The notes under the pieces: generated by a model | The model's database searches: none | Told to the model about the DNA's origin: nothing | What the model saw: only the letters and a program-made list of their open reading frames with translations | Assembly: GCA_963575745.1 (NCBI GenBank) | Contig: CAUYUJ010000177.1 | Coordinates: 62,001 to 117,193 of the forward strand | Source of the DNA: Prorocentrum cordatum | Lineage: Eukaryota | Reading direction: 5' to 3' | Length of the DNA: 55,193 nucleotides | Made by a program: the position numbers and the translations under genes | Shown here: piece after piece, positions 51,321 through 55,193 of the stretch | Position numbering within the stretch: the first letter of the stretch is position 1 | Layout of the letters: each line of letters begins with the position of its first letter

Positions 51321-51749
51321 GCGGGGGGGGGGGGCCCGCGCCGCGGGGCGCGCGGAGGCAGCGGGGCGGGGGCAGCGCGGGGGCGCGGGCACCCAGAGCT
51401 CGGGGAGGGCGCCGGCACCGCGCGAGCGACCGGCGCGGCGCCCTGCTCTGCGACCAGAGGCTGCACACCCTGGCGACCCCTCCTCCCGCCTCCCTCCTCC
51501 CTCCCTCCTCCCTCCTCCCTCCTCCCACCTCCCTCCTCCCTCCTCCCTCCCTCCCTCCTTCCTCCTCCCTCCCTCTTCCCTCCTCCCTCCTCCCACCTCC
51601 CACCTCCCTCCTCCCTCCCCCATCCCTCCTCCTTCCTCCTCCCTCTTTTCTTCTCCTTTCTTCCTCCTCCCTTCTCCCTCCGCCTCCGGCGTGGAGCGCG
51701 GCCCGTGCGGCGCTTGGGCGACGGGATGGGGGAGGGAGAGGGCACCGAG

Positions 51750-53690
51750 AGCGTCAGGCGGGCACCTTCGCGCGGACAACTGTCTCGCTCGCGACGGACA
51801 CCGAGTGCGTCGGGCGGAGACTTTCGCGCGGACAGCGAGCTCGCCTGACCGTCGCGATCGACTGCGTGCACGCTGGAAGAATGGGTTTTTCAGCGCCTTG
51901 ACGGTGTTGTACACGCCCATGGTCACGGACACGGGCGCGCAGGCGTCTTTGCTCGTGTCGGATTTCTCCGCGGACGACGGCAGGAGTGCCGGAACCCACT
52001 GACCAATCGCTGCCTTGATGGTGGTGTACCCGCCGAAGGCCCCAGAGACATGTTCGTGGCCGGGGTACCCGCTCGTATCGTCCTGCACTGTCGGCTGTGG
52101 GTGCGCTGGAACCTTCGGGTCCGGCAGCGCCCCGACCGTGTGGTACGCACCCGTTTGGTGCGAGGGGTGGGGAGAGAACGGAGAGGGAGGCGGAGGTGGA
52201 GAGGGAGGAGGAGCAGGAGGAAACGGGAGAGGGGAGGCGAACTGAGGACGGCTTGACGGCGAGGGGGGGAGGGAAAAGGGGGCTTGGGTCCAGGACCAGG
52301 GCGCGAAAATGATGGTGCCACTCGCGTCGGATGCCTTCCCTGCCGGCAGGAGGTGCGACGGGTTACCCTCGGGTCGCTGGTCTCCTCGGCGGGTGTTGTG
52401 CGCGCCGAGGGTCGTGGGAGCCCAGGAGCGTAGACTTGAGTCGGGCTTGTCCCTCTACAGGAGGAGCTTTTTTTTATCTAAAAGTAGCACAACACATAAT
52501 TCTGGGGACGATTTTGGTCTATTCTTGTGAATTTTGGAGTATTTTTTGCATATCTTCATTTTTCGCCCAATATCTGCCTGTAGGGGGACATGCTCGACCT
52601 CAGCGTAGACGTCGGAACTCCACCACTGTCGACTGCAGGTGCGCCAGAAGATACGGGCCAATCAGCGCCTCGCCAGCAATGCACCCGTCCATGGACGTGA
52701 GCACATTCGAGTAGACGACGTGCTCCCTCGCGACTGACACCTGGGTGGTCGTCTGCAGGTACCCTGGAAACTGCTGGTCAATCAGCGCCTCGTGATTGTT
52801 TTTCTAATTCTTATTTTGCCGATCGGCGCGGGCCCCCCAACCCCCCGTCCCCACCCCTTGGAGTAGATCTTTGCTGTTTTTTGACGCCTGTTTCGAGCGG
52901 GTAGAGTCTTTCCCAGAGACAGCACTCTTGCAAACAGTCGCACTAAGCAGAGGTCTGGAGCCAGACCCCTCCCCATCCCCCCCTTTCCGCCCCATGTCGA
53001 AACGCCGATTTTTTTTAAAAAAGCTCACCTTAACGTCGTTGAACACGCTGATGGTCGTGGACACGTGCGCGGAGCTGTTCTCGCTCGTGTCGGACTCCTA
53101 TACGGACGACGGCAGGCATGTCGGCAGCAGGACTGCACACACCGAGGGCCGAGGACTCGAGCCCGTGGACAGTGCACTCGCACACGTCGGGCTCCTGCCG
53201 GGTGCGCTGGAGCCTGCGGGTCTGCCGGCGCCTTGACGATGTGTTGTGCACGCCCGTGGTCCTGGGCACGTGTTCGTGGACGTCCCCCCCCCCAAAAAAA
53301 AAACAGTTGAAGGACATGAAATACTGAGGCATGACAAGTAAACATAAAAACCATGCTCGTGGGCGTCTTCGCTCGCGTTGGGCATCTTGGCGGTCGACGG
53401 CACGAATGCTGGAACCCGTGGATGTGTCAGCGCCTCGGCCCGGAGCCATGGCGGGGCGCGGTCGGCCCGGGCGTCCCAGGCTGGCGCGCGTGAGGCTGGC
53501 CGATACCCACTGCGCAAACGAGCCGTGTCGGCAAGGTGCAGGAGGTGGACGTCCTGGTCCCCTCCGGGTGCAGGGGAGTCACGAAGCCAGAGCAGGCGGG
53601 CGCCAACCTGGAGACACATTGCGGCATTCATCCCGTGTCTTGCGGCAGCGCTTGGGCCTGCGCCAGAAGCTGAGTGCGTGCGCGCGTGAT
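51750..53690 (-). pseudogene. Broken multi-exon gene encoding a tandem-repeat protein with a unit of about 40 aa
   Basis: Self-similar peptides EALTHPRVPAFVPSTAKMPNASEDAHEH, LPSSV*ESDTSENSSAHVSTTISVFNDVK|ALIDQQFPGYLQTT, EALIGPYLLAHLQSTVVE and KAAIGQWVPALLPSSAEKSDTSKDACAPVSVTMGVYNTVKA. A GT-AG intron at 53028-52789 joins the repeat in frame. Confidence 0.7.
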
Positions 53691-54869
53691 TTTGGTGTGC
53701 ATATAGATCTGCATATAACCATGCATTCGTATAACTACATTCGTGTAACATGCATGCACGCAGCCATGTATATATTCAGGTCTGTATGTATTCATGTGCG
53801 TACGCATGCATGTATACCATCCTCTGGTTCTTCACAACCGATCCTTCTTCTACCTTTCATCATCCGCCTCCCCCCCATTCAGCTCCTCGATCCCTGCCTC
53901 CCTCTTCCTCCGCATCCCTCTCATCCTCCTCTTGCTCATGCTCCTTCTCTTCCTCCTCCTTCTCCTCCTCCTGCTCCTCCTGTTCCTCACCTCGTCCTCC
54001 CTCTCCTCTTCCTCATCGTCTAACTGCTGTAGCGCGCGGGAGAGTGGGTGTCTTCAGGGCATCCCTGGCTGCTTCGACGGCGCCCACATCATTTACATCA
54101 TCGGCATCTTCAAGGACGCCCCGTGCCGATACACGCAATCGGTTTTGTGCCGTTCTCCCTGTCCTTCCCCCCAGCCTTCCACATGGAAGGGAAATGGTGC
54201 AGCATGAAGAGCACGAGGAGTTTGGAGCAGGAGGAAGAGGAAGATGAAGGGGTAGGACGAGGAGGGAGAGGAGGAAGAGGAGCATGATGACGAGGAGGAG
54301 GAGGAGGAGGAGGAGGAGGAAGAGGAGGAACAGGAGAAAGAGGAGGAAGAGGAGGAGGGGAGAATGAGCCCCCCTATCTTCCTCCCCCATCGCTCCAAAG
54401 TTGCCACCTTGAGCCATTCATCCTTTTCATCCTTTGCCGCCTCCTCCACTTGCTCCTCTCCTCCTCCTCCTCCTCCTCCTCCTCCTCCTCCTCCCCTCCC
54501 CTCCTCTCCTCCCCTGCATACGTCTCCCCAGTTGCTCTTCCTCCATCCTCATTCCGTTTCCGTCCTCCGCTTCATCCCCCCTGATGTCCTTTCCATTCCT
54601 CTCTGCCCTTCACTCCCTCTCCCCCGTCCGCCTCCCCCCCACCGCACCCCGCCACCGGTTCTGATCCACACCCTAGTGAATTGGTGAAATGGTCCTGGTC
54701 CATTCCCTGAGGTGGCACCAGTGAATGGTTGCGGGCGCTACTACGGCGAGTGTTTCGAACGGGGTCGTCCTAGAAGGATATGAAAAATAAACTGGTAGGC
54801 TGATGTGCGCAATCTTTCAGTTTTCCCGGCACGTCACCAGGGAATGGATGAATCGGTGCGCGTGATGGT

Positions 54870-55193
<324 letters not shown>

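Noticed and set aside
54030..54160. Possible further exon of the repeat-protein gene
   Set aside because: The translation does not match the 40-aa repeat and there are no clear splice sites.

Overview
Repeat-dominated, GC-rich eukaryotic DNA, almost certainly from a dinoflagellate. A near-perfect dinoflagellate spliced leader plus a relict copy sits at 41609-41645; a Prorocentrum-like identity is only an inference. I see no convincingly intact host gene, and most supplied ORFs are translations of microsatellites or GC-rich repeats. Supportable content: (1) a decayed APE-RT-zinc-finger non-LTR retrotransposon (about 24.3-28.9 kb) followed by an extra downstream ORF; (2) a complete retrocopy of a trans-spliced mRNA with two SLs, oligo(A) and a target-site duplication (41.6-43.1 kb); (3) Helitron-like rolling-circle elements, one carrying an RPA-like OB-fold ORF (11.1-12.75 kb), plus a possible Pif1-type helicase remnant (36.6-37.8 kb); (4) a broken multi-exon gene for a roughly 40-aa tandem-repeat protein (51.7-53.7 kb, minus strand); (5) scattered PPR pseudogene fragments; (6) three MITEs and many satellite and microsatellite families. 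There is a 100-N gap at 38931-39030. All protein-family assignments were made by eye from motifs; no searches were run.
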